A stretch of DNA of 64,000 bases from a candidate division CSSED10-310 bacterium (GCA_016931515.1 JAFGEQ010000024.1:31711-95710); one strand, 5' to 3'. Positions 17,550 to 27,781 are shown, counted from the first letter of the stretch. Translations and numbers: made by a program. Notes: generated by a model from the letters alone, not told the origin.

Positions 17550-18325
17550 AGAATATTAAATTGTTGATAATGGTGGGTATTCTGGCGATCACTGTATTTT
17601 CGGCCAGTGCTGCCGACCTGACGGCTGACGAAATTGTATCTAAAGCGAATCAGGCATCATACTATGCCGGTAAAGATGGATCCGCTAAAGCTCATATGGA
17701 ACTGTCCGATGGACGGACTCGGGACTTTGTCATCCTCAGAAAAAATACAGAGAATTCCGCTGATCAGAAGTTTTATGTTTATTTTAACGGACCGGCTGAT
17801 GTTCGGAAGATGGCATACCTTGTCTGGAAAAAGCCCTCCGGCGATGACGACAGATGGCTGTTCCTTCCTGCCTTGAATCTGGTCAAACGAATTGCTCCGG
17901 GGGATAAGCGAACCAGTTTTGTTGGCTCCGACTTCTATTATGAAGATGTTTCCGGTCGAGGATTGGATGCAGACATGCACGAACTGATAGAAACAACCGA
18001 CACTCAGTATGTCGTGAAAAATGTGCCCCGGGATCCGTCAACTGTCGAATTCAGCTCTTATACCGTTTGGATCGATAAAGACACATTTCTACCAAGACAA
18101 GCGGAATACACGGACGCAGGGGGCGTTGTCTACAGGCGACTGACGGCAGACGATATCCAGATCATACAGGGATACGCAACATCAATGAAACAAAAAGCAG
18201 AAGACATCAAGACCGGCAGTTCCACAGTGATTACTTTTTCGGAGATCTCCTACGATCAGGGATTTCAGGACCAGATATTCACGGAGCGGTTCCTTCGCAG
18301 ACCTCCGCGTGAAGCGACGCGCTAA
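17546..18325 (+). CDS. Outer-membrane lipoprotein-sorting (LolA-like) protein
   Basis: ATGA overlap with the RND stop. Signal peptide. 'DFVILRKNT...KFYVYFNGPADVRKMAYLVW...DDRWLFLPALNLVKRIAPGDKRTSFVGSDFYYEDV' is typical of the LolA_like family found next to RND genes. Confidence 0.7.
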   Translation: MKNIKLLIMVGILAITVFSASAADLTADEIVSKANQASYYAGKDGSAKAHMELSDGRTRDFVILRKNTENSADQKFYVYFNGPADVRKMAYLVWKKPSGDDDRWLFLPALNLVKRIAPGDKRTSFVGSDFYYEDVSGRGLDADMHELIETTDTQYVVKNVPRDPSTVEFSSYTVWIDKDTFLPRQAEYTDAGGVVYRRLTADDIQIIQGYATSMKQKAEDIKTGSSTVITFSEISYDQGFQDQIFTERFLRRPPREATR

Positions 18326-18340
18326 CAGGAGGTAATAACG

Positions 18341-19639
18341 ATGAAACACTTTAATTTTCGGGTGTTTGCCGCCTGGATTGTGCTGGGCAATCTGTTTGGA
18401 GCAATGCATTCTGCGATCGCAGGCGGCGATATAGAGTTACACGGCTTCAGCGAATATCGATTCGGGATGCGGATTGAATCCGATCCATTCGAAGACGACA
18501 TCTCGTTGAATGAGATCCGCACGCAAGCGGATGTCATGTGGTATGGGGAGGTCTTCACAGCTCAGCTCAAAGGCGATCTCATCTACGATGATCAGGCAGA
18601 CGATCAGGATGATATCGATCTGGAAACAGGACATGGCTTTATTGATCTCAGACAGGCAAACATCATTTTTTCACCCGTATCCTGGATGGACATCAAACTG
18701 GGCCGACAAGTTTTAACTTGGGGGACCGGTGATCTGGTTTTCATCAACGACCTGTTCCCCAAAGACTGGCAATCGTTCTTTCTGGGACGAGATACAGAGT
18801 ATCTTAAAGCACCCTCTGATGCCTTGTTTTTCAGCTTCTTTCCAGGAGTTTTCAACGTGGATATAGCCTATACGCCACGTTTTGATGCCGATCGCCACAT
18901 CACGGGTGAGCGAATTTCCTATTGGAATGGGATGGAGTTGGCTGGACAAAATGACATTCTGATAACGGATCGTCCGAACGAATGGTTCAAGGAGGATGAG
19001 ATCGCAACACGTTTTTATCGGAACCTGGGCGCTTTTGAAGTTGCCGGCTACACTTACTTTGGATATTGGAAAAGCCCCGGAGGCGTGGACCCGTCGACAG
19101 GTCACATGCTCTTCCCCGAACTCAGCGTATACGGCATGAGCATCCGTGGACCCGTGGCTGGCGGGATCGCTCATCTGGAAGCCGGCTATTATGACTCCAG
19201 AGAAGATCCGGACGGAAACGATCCGTTCATTAACAACAGTGAAATACGAGCATTGATCGGATATGAGTGGGAACCGGTCAAGGATGTCACCATCGGTGTG
19301 CAGTATTATCTCGAACGTATGATCGATTATGATGCATACACGGCTGCCTTGAGAGCGATGAACATGCCCCTTGACTCCAGCCGGGATGAAGACAGACATA
19401 CAGTCACTGCCCGTCTGACATGGATGACTCTGAATCAGAATCTTATTTTCAATTGCTTCACCCGCTATTCGCCATCCGATGAAGATGTCTATGTCAAACC
19501 GGAGATCACATACAAAGTCACCGATCGCTGGCAGGCGACAATCGGAGGCGATGTGTTTTCAGGATCGACCGATTATACGTTCCTCGGGCAGTTTCAAAAT
19601 AACTCGAACATCCATGCCGGAGTACGGTACAGCTTTTAA
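18341..19639 (+). CDS. Outer-membrane beta-barrel protein
   Basis: Signal peptide, alternating hydrophobic beta-strand pattern, and a C-terminal 'GVRYSF' aromatic terminus. AGGAGG SD. Confidence 0.55.
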   Translation: MKHFNFRVFAAWIVLGNLFGAMHSAIAGGDIELHGFSEYRFGMRIESDPFEDDISLNEIRTQADVMWYGEVFTAQLKGDLIYDDQADDQDDIDLETGHGFIDLRQANIIFSPVSWMDIKLGRQVLTWGTGDLVFINDLFPKDWQSFFLGRDTEYLKAPSDALFFSFFPGVFNVDIAYTPRFDADRHITGERISYWNGMELAGQNDILITDRPNEWFKEDEIATRFYRNLGAFEVAGYTYFGYWKSPGGVDPSTGHMLFPELSVYGMSIRGPVAGGIAHLEAGYYDSREDPDGNDPFINNSEIRALIGYEWEPVKDVTIGVQYYLERMIDYDAYTAALRAMNMPLDSSRDEDRHTVTARLTWMTLNQNLIFNCFTRYSPSDEDVYVKPEITYKVTDRWQATIGGDVFSGSTDYTFLGQFQNNSNIHAGVRYSF

Positions 19640-19652
19640 CAGGGAGGTAACA

Positions 19653-20105
19653 ATGAATCAGGATATCCAACGAATATTGTGTGCAACGGATTTTTCTGAA
19701 TCCGCCCGATATGCGTATCAATTCGCGTTATCGATTGCTGCTCGGCACCATGCATCAATTGAGTTGTTTCATGTCATGGAGCCTTCAGCCTATTCCTCAG
19801 ATCGGATCGAGTCGGATGAGGAAACCTATGCCCAGAAAATGAGTCATCGATTGGTTGATTTCAGTCAATCGATACCGAGTGACATTTCGATCTCCACCCT
19901 TATCGCTGTCGGGGTTCCCTACATCGAGATTGTGAAGCGCGCCGAATTGATCCACGCCGATCTGATCGTCATCGGAACACACGGCAGAACCGGTATTCGG
20001 CACATGCTCATCGGTAGTGTCGCGGAAAAAGTTGTGCGGACAGCCTCTTGTCCGGTGATGACGGTCCGACATCCGGACCATGCTGTCTCCGAATCAACTT
20101 CTTAG
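19653..20105 (+). CDS. Universal stress protein (UspA family)
   Basis: 'RILCATDFSESARYAYQFAL' and 'DLIVIGTHGRTGIRHMLIGSVAEKVVRTASCPVMTV'. ATG 19653 has a GGGAGG SD. The longer ORF from 19479 would overlap the barrel gene. Confidence 0.85.
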   Translation: MNQDIQRILCATDFSESARYAYQFALSIAARHHASIELFHVMEPSAYSSDRIESDEETYAQKMSHRLVDFSQSIPSDISISTLIAVGVPYIEIVKRAELIHADLIVIGTHGRTGIRHMLIGSVAEKVVRTASCPVMTVRHPDHAVSESTS

Positions 20106-20177
20106 TAACAATAAAGCGACACAGGGGTAAGCAGCACTCTCTCACCTTATCTGAATTACTGAGCGAATACTGAAAGA

Positions 20178-20220
20178 CTGAGTTGCAGGCAACCGGATAA
20201 CTTCAGTTCACTGCACTCAG
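20178..20220. terminator. Possible bidirectional terminator hairpin between convergent genes
   Basis: CTGAGTTGCAG (20178-20188) pairs with CTGCACTCAG (20211-20220) with one bulge. CCGGGTTTGTTTAT follows on the + strand. Confidence 0.3.
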
Positions 20221-20274
20221 CCGGGTTTGTTTATCGTCTTACTGAATCATGACGGCCCGACATCGACGGATGGC

Positions 20275-21618
20275 CTACTCCGGTATATTCTCGCAGGCCA
20301 TGACGATCGCATTACGAGCGGGCATAAAACTCTGCCAGGGTTGGGCACTGTATGCGAGTCGTGAAAGATCTTCGACGGTCATTTCCTGCTGAATCGCGAG
20401 AGTGATGAGATCGGTTTTATCTGTCGCCGGCAGTTTACTCAATATCTGTCCGCCAACGATTCTCCGGCTGCTCTTCTCCGCAATTATCCGGACTTTCAGC
20501 GGACCTGTCCCGGGCATCATTGGAAACAGCGTCGTCATTTCGCCGGAACCTGCAATAACGTCGATTCCCCTTTTAAGTGCTATTTCGGACGTAAACCCAG
20601 TCGATCCAATCTTCCAATCGCCGACACATGTCGCAGCACCATTATAGAATCCGGTGTAATCATCGGGTTTCCCCGCTGCTACCCTGGCGGCAACTTTTGC
20701 CATGGGTACTGCCGCAGTGGCCAGTTTGCCTCCTATCGGTTTCCTATCGATAGCAGATATATAAGAACAGCAATCCCCGGCTGCAAAAACACCGGGATAA
20801 CTTGTTCGCATGCAGCTGTCAACGACAAGACCGTCCGCCGTCCTGTCCAGAGCCAGTGTCTCGAATAAATCCAAATCGGGTTTCATACCGACTGCAAAAC
20901 ACACAAAATCGGTTACCGGATCCAGCTCGATAAACTCTCCGCGTGACAGGTTGACTGCACAGACGCCTTCTTTAACAGTGTTCATGCTTTCAACCCGTGT
21001 TTCCAGCAAAGTTCGAATGCCCAGATCATTCAAAGTCACCTGCAGGGTATCCGCAATATTCCTGTCTATCATGTTGGGCAGAACATGGGAGGCAATATCG
21101 ATCAGCCAGGTTTCGATTCCCCGTGCCCGATAAGCCTGGGCTTGTTCAATACCGATCGCGCCGGCTCCGACTACAACTGCTTTCCGGGTACCGGTCTTGA
21201 TCCGTTCGATGATTCCATACATGTCTTCCTCAGTTTTTACTGTAAAGACATTTTTTGCATCGATACCCGGTATTCTCGGGCGAAACGGGGACGCTCCGGT
21301 TGCAATAAACAGTTGTCGATATTCAAGTGTGCCGCCATCTTCATCAGTAATCTGCTTTTGCTCCAAATCAACATGCTTCACTGATTTCCGCATCAATTCA
21401 ATACCGGAATCCGTGACGATCTCGTCCCGCTTGAATACCTTCGACGGATCAAATAACCCTTCGATCGCATAGGGTATGGCGCAGTACACCATTGAATGCG
21501 CTTCCGGTCGATACATGACGATCTCAGCTTCAGGCTTCAGTTTTTTGTATTGATTCGCAAAAGTAATTCCTGCCGGTCCACCGCCGATAATAACAACATC
21601 CTTAATTTTACTACTCAT
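20275..21618 (-). CDS. FAD-dependent pyridine nucleotide-disulfide oxidoreductase (CoA-disulfide reductase / NADH oxidase class)
   Basis: 'VVIIGGGPAGITFA' FAD fold, single redox Cys context 'SMVYCAIPY', 'VVVGAGAIGIEQAQ' NAD fold, 'GVFAAGDC'. Confidence 0.8.
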   Translation of the reverse strand: MSSKIKDVVIIGGGPAGITFANQYKKLKPEAEIVMYRPEAHSMVYCAIPYAIEGLFDPSKVFKRDEIVTDSGIELMRKSVKHVDLEQKQITDEDGGTLEYRQLFIATGASPFRPRIPGIDAKNVFTVKTEEDMYGIIERIKTGTRKAVVVGAGAIGIEQAQAYRARGIETWLIDIASHVLPNMIDRNIADTLQVTLNDLGIRTLLETRVESMNTVKEGVCAVNLSRGEFIELDPVTDFVCFAVGMKPDLDLFETLALDRTADGLVVDSCMRTSYPGVFAAGDCCSYISAIDRKPIGGKLATAAVPMAKVAARVAAGKPDDYTGFYNGAATCVGDWKIGSTGFTSEIALKRGIDVIAGSGEMTTLFPMMPGTGPLKVRIIAEKSSRRIVGGQILSKLPATDKTDLITLAIQQEMTVEDLSRLAYSAQPWQSFMPARNAIVMACENIPE

Positions 21619-21864
21619 ATCATTGCTCCTTCCTAATTAATAATAACACGTCCTTTTGTCTCCGTCGGTGATCGAAAGTTACAATTCTTCGGTCAGGATA
21701 GTGTCTGATTATTGCATAAATCTTAACACACCATTTAACGACACTCTTGAATCGCTGGACTATCCGATATCAGCGGCTGATACGAATAAAGCAAGATCTT
21801 TGGTTGGCGGTCGTTCAACAAGGATGGTATTGGTCCGATCACTCCCGGGAACTCAAAGGGATCA

Positions 21865-23667
21865 CTAGTACACCGGTGGCGCAAATGGCCACAAAAATGG
21901 AGCGAGACCAACTGCGACAAGACCGATCACTATACTCAGCGGCAGACCAATTCGCATATAGTCGCTGAACCGATACCCACCGGGCCCGTATACCATCAGG
22001 TTGGTTTGATAGCCGATCGGAGTCGCAAAACTGGCGGAGGCTGCCAGCATCACGCAGATTATAAACGGCATCACATTCACTCCCAATTGCTCCGCAGTAT
22101 TCATCGCGACAGGAAAAATCAGGACGGCGGCCGCATTGTTTGTGATAATACCGGTGAATATGCTTGTAACAGTATAAACCATGGCCAGTGCAAACCACGG
22201 ATTACCACCGGACATTCCCAGCATATGACCCGCCAGAACGCTGGCTGCTCCGGTTTTTTCCAGAGCGGTCCCCAATCCCAGAGCCGCAGCAATCGTCAGC
22301 AGTACTTCCCATTCGATACTGCGTCTGGCTCTGGCCGGCGAACATGCCCCGAACAGCAGCATCAATCCTGCTGCCATCAACGACGCCTTCAACATGCTCA
22401 ACCAGCCGACTGAAGCGGCAATAATCATGCCGGTCAGGATTGCAAAAGCGACCGGGGCCCGTTCAAATCGATGGGGAGAAGAGTCTTCGACCTCATTGAC
22501 CAGATAAAAATCCCTTGTATCTTTCTGCCGTGAAATAAAACCGGCATGAGCCTCAACCAGCAGCGTATCACCGGGTCGAAGAACAATATCGCCAATTCGT
22601 CCTTCTATCCGTTCTCCATTTCGAGCCACAGCGACAACAACTGCATTGTACCGATCCCGAAATCGCCCTTCCCGGATTGATCTCCCGAGCAACGGACAGG
22701 TGTTTGATACGACAGCTTCAACGAGAATACGCTGGTATCGGGGACAATCGAGTTTAAAAATCTGATCGGCAGCCGGATGTAGATCCTGATACTCGTACAA
22801 TGTTTTAACGGATTCGACATTACCAACAAAAACGAGCCGGTCGTTCGCCTGTAACACTACATCCGGAGGTACAGCTGCCATGACTCGCCCATCTCTGATC
22901 AGTTCCGCAAGGAAAGCGCCTGGTAACCGACGTAAACCTGCTGATTCGATGGATTTATTCTCCATGGAACCACCGGGAGTCACTTTCAGCTCCAGAGTAT
23001 ATTCTTTGGGATCGGCAACGATTTCTTCAAAGGGTTTTCGAGCCGGCAACAGCTTGGGGAAAAGAATTATAAACAAAATCCCAACGGCCGCCATCGGCAC
23101 GCCAATCCGGGTAATTTCGAACATGTGCAGACCTGCGGTCTGGTATCTTGACTGAACCATGCCATTGACAACCAGATTCGTACTGGTGCCGATTAATGTG
23201 CATGCTCCGCCGAAAATCGAAGCATAACTTAACGGTATCAGCAGGCGGGATGGTTGCACCCGAATTCGCCGGCACCAGTCGATCACCAAGGGAATAAAAA
23301 GAGCAACGACCGGTGTGTTATTCAGAAATGCGCTCAGCAGGCTGACCGGAACCATTAATCGAAGCTGAGCGGAGCGATATGATTGAGGAAGGCCGAGTAC
23401 TCGCTGGGATATCCAAAGCAGCCCGCCTGTTTCTCTGAGACCGGTAACGACGATATAGAGCGCGCCGACAGCGATGAGACCCTGGGAGCTGAAGCCCGCC
23501 AGCGCTTCCCCGGCATCCAGAACACCGGTAATCAGAAGAATGACCAGGCCGCCTAAAAATACATAGTCGGAGGATATTCGGGTTGTCATAAGAATCATGA
23601 ACACCGCGAGGATGATTCCAAGCGTCAACCATGCATCCCAGCCAAGCACGGTGATTGCGGTATCCAT
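21865..23667 (-). CDS. SLC13/DASS-family anion permease with two central TrkA-C (RCK_C) domains
   Basis: 600 aa. N- and C-terminal polytopic halves flank two soluble repeats, 'GGSMENKSIESAGLRRLPGAFLAELIRDGRV...NDRLVFVG' and 'LLGRSIREGRFRDRYNAVVVAVARNGERI...GDTLLVEA'. Confidence 0.8.
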   Translation of the reverse strand: MDTAITVLGWDAWLTLGIILAVFMILMTTRISSDYVFLGGLVILLITGVLDAGEALAGFSSQGLIAVGALYIVVTGLRETGGLLWISQRVLGLPQSYRSAQLRLMVPVSLLSAFLNNTPVVALFIPLVIDWCRRIRVQPSRLLIPLSYASIFGGACTLIGTSTNLVVNGMVQSRYQTAGLHMFEITRIGVPMAAVGILFIILFPKLLPARKPFEEIVADPKEYTLELKVTPGGSMENKSIESAGLRRLPGAFLAELIRDGRVMAAVPPDVVLQANDRLVFVGNVESVKTLYEYQDLHPAADQIFKLDCPRYQRILVEAVVSNTCPLLGRSIREGRFRDRYNAVVVAVARNGERIEGRIGDIVLRPGDTLLVEAHAGFISRQKDTRDFYLVNEVEDSSPHRFERAPVAFAILTGMIIAASVGWLSMLKASLMAAGLMLLFGACSPARARRSIEWEVLLTIAAALGLGTALEKTGAASVLAGHMLGMSGGNPWFALAMVYTVTSIFTGIITNNAAAVLIFPVAMNTAEQLGVNVMPFIICVMLAASASFATPIGYQTNLMVYGPGGYRFSDYMRIGLPLSIVIGLVAVGLAPFLWPFAPPVY

Positions 23668-23669
23668 AA

Positions 23670-24446
23670 TTATGGATCCCGTCGGGTCAATCCGCGGGAT
23701 TTGATGCCCAGGGACAGGACTTTCACTGACATCAGGAATTCAGCCATTCCACTCATTACTGCGATTAAAAATCCTGAAAACCCATCCAGAAAACCCAGCT
23801 TGACAAAGTAATCCCTGATAAAACGGAGTTCGGGTCTGATAAGGCCCTGAAGTAGTGGTGCTCTGAAACCGGATTCAAATTTGTCCTGACTTTTCCAGGT
23901 TGTATATCGATTGATTTTCTCCAGCCACTGACTAACGGAGTTGATGCTATAATGAAGCAAGTAGGCATTCAATTCACCCACATTCTGAAGGTCCACTTGC
24001 GCATGAACGCGCTTTCTCTGATACCGCCCCAGATCCTTTCGAAACAGCCGGAGCACCCGATCATTTCCCCAACCGCTATGCCGGACCTGCCTGCCTAGAA
24101 GGTAGTTTTTCCGTCTTATCCAATAGCCATCTTTTGATGGAACACCGTCGAAAAGCGCATGGATCTCCTCCCTCAGCTCAGGGCTTACTCGTTCATCGCT
24201 ATCGACAATCAGCACCCAGTCATGTTTTGCCTGAGGTATCGCCCAGTTTTTTTGAGCGGCGGAATTGATATATTCGTGCTGCAGGATGCTGACGGGGTAT
24301 TCCCGTGCAATGTCCAGTGTCCGATCAGTACTGAATGAATCAACCAGCAGAATTTCATCCGCCCACAAAACACGATCAAGACAGTCCCGGATGTTCAATT
24401 CTTCATTGAAACAAGGTATTAATACTGTAATCGGTATTTTCCCCAT
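23670..24446 (-). CDS. Family 2 glycosyltransferase
   Basis: 'ITVLIPCFNEELNIRDCLDRVLWADEILLVDSFSTDRTLDIA' and 'VLIVDSDERV'. Confidence 0.85.
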   Translation of the reverse strand: MGKIPITVLIPCFNEELNIRDCLDRVLWADEILLVDSFSTDRTLDIAREYPVSILQHEYINSAAQKNWAIPQAKHDWVLIVDSDERVSPELREEIHALFDGVPSKDGYWIRRKNYLLGRQVRHSGWGNDRVLRLFRKDLGRYQRKRVHAQVDLQNVGELNAYLLHYSINSVSQWLEKINRYTTWKSQDKFESGFRAPLLQGLIRPELRFIRDYFVKLGFLDGFSGFLIAVMSGMAEFLMSVKVLSLGIKSRGLTRRDP

Positions 24447-24462
24447 TATGATTCCGCAACAA

Positions 24463-25566
24463 TTACCTGTTCTGCTCCCTGCATACGATATTACTCATTG
24501 TCTCCATTACCAACTCGGGGGTTATCCCAAGCATGCTGTGCGTAGCCAGCCATTCTTTTTCAGTCGTTGAAAGCGGTGCATCAGCAGGACCGGATACTAT
24601 TTCAACCGGTGACCCGCAACTGACCGGCGAAGTCCGCCCAGGATACGTTCCTCCGAAAAGGACGACCAGCGGGCAGCCTACAGCAGCTGCAACATGAGCC
24701 GGCCCGGTATCGACACTGATACAGCAGACAGCTTTTTCAAGCAATGCCTTCAATCGCGGGATCGTCATTATCGGAGTCAGATTATGCACTCTGGAACTCC
24801 CGCATTTCATAGCCAGTTCCTTGACATATTCATATTCAACGCTGGCGCCTGACAGAAATACATTCATCTGTGGATACTCCGCCAGAATACGTTGAATCAA
24901 TACTACCCATCGATTTTCCGGCCAGTGTTTTTTCAGTTTCAGTTTTTTCCGTTTCAAGGAGCGACTCGTGCCGGCCTGAACAACAATGTAAGCATCGTTG
25001 GCAATCTGTTTTTCCGATAGAATCTCAGAGATCTCCCGGCGAGCCTTCTCAGGAACATACAATCTCGAGCCTCTTATCTTGTGATCATCCAGAGTGCCCG
25101 GGAACCCCTCATTCTTTCCAGCCAGATTCAAGTTGTCGATTACAACATGAATGCCGGCGATCCGTCCTTCCTTACCCCGCCTGACAATCCGGTCGGGTTT
25201 GATTCCTGCCAGTCGTAATAATCGATAAACCCGGGGATGTGTATCGAGCAAGAAAACGGGACCTGGCGGCCGGTTCCGAAGAGATCGAACAAGATCCCTT
25301 TGATCAGGAGCCAGAAGATATGGGCGATTGTAGCTTTTTAATGTGTAGATTTGCCTGATGCGCGGATCATCACTGAATAAATCCGGGCTGAAGCGACTGC
25401 CGATCAGGTCACAAGCACTACCGTACCGTTCTACCAGAACATCCAGTAAGGGTGTCAGCAGAACCATGTCGCCCATGGCACCTATCCTGACTATCAAAGG
25501 TGGTGATGACGGTATTTCATGATTGGTTGTCATCTTTGGATTCGACTCCAACTGGTCCGACGGCAC
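24463..25566 (-). CDS. Family 9 glycosyltransferase (LPS heptosyltransferase-like)
   Basis: 'IGAMGDMVLLTPLL' and 'ISVDTGPAHVAAAVGCPLVVLFG'. Confidence 0.8.
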   Translation of the reverse strand: MPSDQLESNPKMTTNHEIPSSPPLIVRIGAMGDMVLLTPLLDVLVERYGSACDLIGSRFSPDLFSDDPRIRQIYTLKSYNRPYLLAPDQRDLVRSLRNRPPGPVFLLDTHPRVYRLLRLAGIKPDRIVRRGKEGRIAGIHVVIDNLNLAGKNEGFPGTLDDHKIRGSRLYVPEKARREISEILSEKQIANDAYIVVQAGTSRSLKRKKLKLKKHWPENRWVVLIQRILAEYPQMNVFLSGASVEYEYVKELAMKCGSSRVHNLTPIMTIPRLKALLEKAVCCISVDTGPAHVAAAVGCPLVVLFGGTYPGRTSPVSCGSPVEIVSGPADAPLSTTEKEWLATHSMLGITPELVMETMSNIVCREQNR

Positions 25567-25735
25567 ATTATCATCAAAGATCTCTCATCAATCGTTCTTT
25601 ACAGATGTCAGTCTCTCCTCCGCTGCTCGACTGGCTGAATTATAGCCATGGTCGCCTGCTTATAACAACATTTTCCGGAATTCAGAATCCGGATTACGCT
25701 CCAATGGGTTGATCCTCCATGAGCTCAATTGGAAA

Positions 25736-27781
25736 TCACTCGATATATCCGAGTGTTCGTAACGCATCCAACTCACCGGCAGAAATATCCTTTAAACCTG
25801 TCTGACCCGGTTGATCTGTAAAAGATGATAAGTAAGTATCCAACTCCTTTGCCATTTCTGACGCAATTTCCGGGTGTACATCCGCAACATCCAGCAATTC
25901 GCCGGCATCCTTCATATTGAAAAGCTGATGCCGACCTCCGGATTGCCAGATAAGTTTCCATGGATCCCGACTCAGACTTTTCAGATCACCTGTGAAAATC
26001 AGCCTGGAGCTATTCAGTTCAACAGGGTGTTTTGCACTAAAAACTTCCGAGACAGCTCCGGGTGCTTCGGGACGAACCGGTATCGTCAAGCCGGTATATT
26101 TCAACACCAGATCATGTAATTCAGCAAAACCCGTTATCCCTGATACCAACTCCGGATCAATACCGGGGCCGGGGAAAGACACGATACATGGAACCTCGAC
26201 CTCTTCCCGGAATAACGTGTTCGAGTGCTTCAACAAACCATGCTCTCCAAGTGATTCCCCATGATCCGCCACGATGATAATCAGAGTATTATCCGAATCC
26301 AATGTCTCCAGAATTCGCTGAATATGCTGATCAACAAAACGCATCTCGGATGAAAACAGTTCCCGTAAAAAACCTGCTTCACTATCAGTCAGGTCTTTCT
26401 CGCCGTTCAATAGCTGGACTTGACGAGCCGGTATCGGTTCACCGTCATTTATCCATGCGCTCCCGGGGTTTCCACATCGTATCCGCCAATAATCAGGCGG
26501 CAGATAGGGTGAATGAACATCGAAAAGGTTAATGAAAAGAAAAAATGGTTCTCTTGCTTTCAGCCTTTTCAGAATCGACAATGCTTTATCGGTAATCTGG
26601 CCGGCATGCCGATATGGGGTGGAACTATCGTATCCCAACACTGGAAATGGAAGCGTTTCGCACAATCTGCGAATTGGGAGGCATCTGTGCAGTAACGTCT
26701 TTTCAGCCGCACGATATGCCCAGTTACGCTCCGCATCATAGTAATCAAAACCCTGATTCAAGCCGAACCGCGGATGCAGGGGTCCGTAATTGCCGCTTAT
26801 GGCAATCGTCAAATATCCTGCTGCGGACAATCTTTCCGCCAGAGTCAGGGCATCTTTATCGAGCGAATAGGCATAGACCGGAGGATCCGGGTCATCCGGT
26901 GATGGTTTATGCGCACCATGTATGCTGGAGGGTAATCCTGTGAACAGGGTTGCATGGCTTGGGAGTGACGACGGCGATGGTGCAATCATGCGGTTTATGG
27001 AGAAATGATCTGCTGCGAAATTCGCCAGATTGAGCATTGGCGGATTTTGACCCTCAAATCCCGACAAACCCTCCGGCCTGACCGTGTCAATCATGATGAT
27101 TGCAACATTCGGTCCGGTTCCCGGAACACGATCGGGCAGATCGACGCGCGCATCGGGAAAGAGTATCCCCCATGTAAGGATTGCCAGAAAAAAAATCCCA
27201 CTGATTACTGCAATCCCACGATCGAGCAGCAGTTTTTTTGATGTCTCCCAGTGTCGTGATTCAACTCCCAGGAAATACAAGACACAAATGAGCCATATTG
27301 CTGCAATGGCAACATTCAGCCATCCACCCTTCTCCAATAGCGATCCCTTTGCCGGCAATGCCGCCAGAACAGCGATACCGATACTTGTTCTGAACCGCAT
27401 TTCTGATGGCGATCCGAAGAACTTCAACGAATTGACGGGTACCAGCAGCAAAATAACAGTACCAACCATTGCAGGAACCGTATAGAAAGTCCGATCACCC
27501 GACAACAGGATCATGAAAGCCGGTATGGTAGCGATACACACCGGTACCGGTAATCTCATCAGATAGTGCAGACCTATACCCAATACGAAGAAAACAATCG
27601 TTATGGCCAGGTGACACGCCAGCAACCTAAATGGCAACTCCACCGGGATCGCTTTAAACCTGGTAACCATCGCCAATCCCTCTATCAGGAAGAGTGCCAC
27701 AGCCAGGTTCAAAGATGCCTTTGCCAGTTTAAATACCTTTCGATTTTTATATTCAAGATAATCCGTATCGATTTCCATCAA
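25736..27781 (-). CDS. Membrane-anchored alkaline-phosphatase-superfamily (sulfatase-like) enzyme
   Basis: About 6 N-terminal TM helices, then 'NVAIIMIDTVRPEGLS', nucleophile region 'SLPSHATLFTG' (Ser, and His in place of the sulfatase Arg), and 'ADHGESLGEHG'. Confidence 0.7.
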   Translation of the reverse strand: MMEIDTDYLEYKNRKVFKLAKASLNLAVALFLIEGLAMVTRFKAIPVELPFRLLACHLAITIVFFVLGIGLHYLMRLPVPVCIATIPAFMILLSGDRTFYTVPAMVGTVILLLVPVNSLKFFGSPSEMRFRTSIGIAVLAALPAKGSLLEKGGWLNVAIAAIWLICVLYFLGVESRHWETSKKLLLDRGIAVISGIFFLAILTWGILFPDARVDLPDRVPGTGPNVAIIMIDTVRPEGLSGFEGQNPPMLNLANFAADHFSINRMIAPSPSSLPSHATLFTGLPSSIHGAHKPSPDDPDPPVYAYSLDKDALTLAERLSAAGYLTIAISGNYGPLHPRFGLNQGFDYYDAERNWAYRAAEKTLLHRCLPIRRLCETLPFPVLGYDSSTPYRHAGQITDKALSILKRLKAREPFFLFINLFDVHSPYLPPDYWRIRCGNPGSAWINDGEPIPARQVQLLNGEKDLTDSEAGFLRELFSSEMRFVDQHIQRILETLDSDNTLIIIVADHGESLGEHGLLKHSNTLFREEVEVPCIVSFPGPGIDPELVSGITGFAELHDLVLKYTGLTIPVRPEAPGAVSEVFSAKHPVELNSSRLIFTGDLKSLSRDPWKLIWQSGGRHQLFNMKDAGELLDVADVHPEIASEMAKELDTYLSSFTDQPGQTGLKDISAGELDALRTLGYIE

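Noticed and set aside
18713-19399. A 228-aa minus-strand ORF inside the outer-membrane barrel gene
   Set aside because: It is antisense to a gene with a signal peptide, a beta-strand pattern and a C-terminal Phe. It has no motif and no SD. The same reasoning applies to 7770-8276, 6712-7191, 34315-34908, 40306-40794, 45413-45859, 51827-52270 and 57976-58515.
19479-19652. A 58-codon N-terminal extension of the USP ORF
   Set aside because: It would overlap the barrel gene by 160 nt. The ATG at 19653 has a GGGAGG SD and gives a canonical ~150-aa USP.
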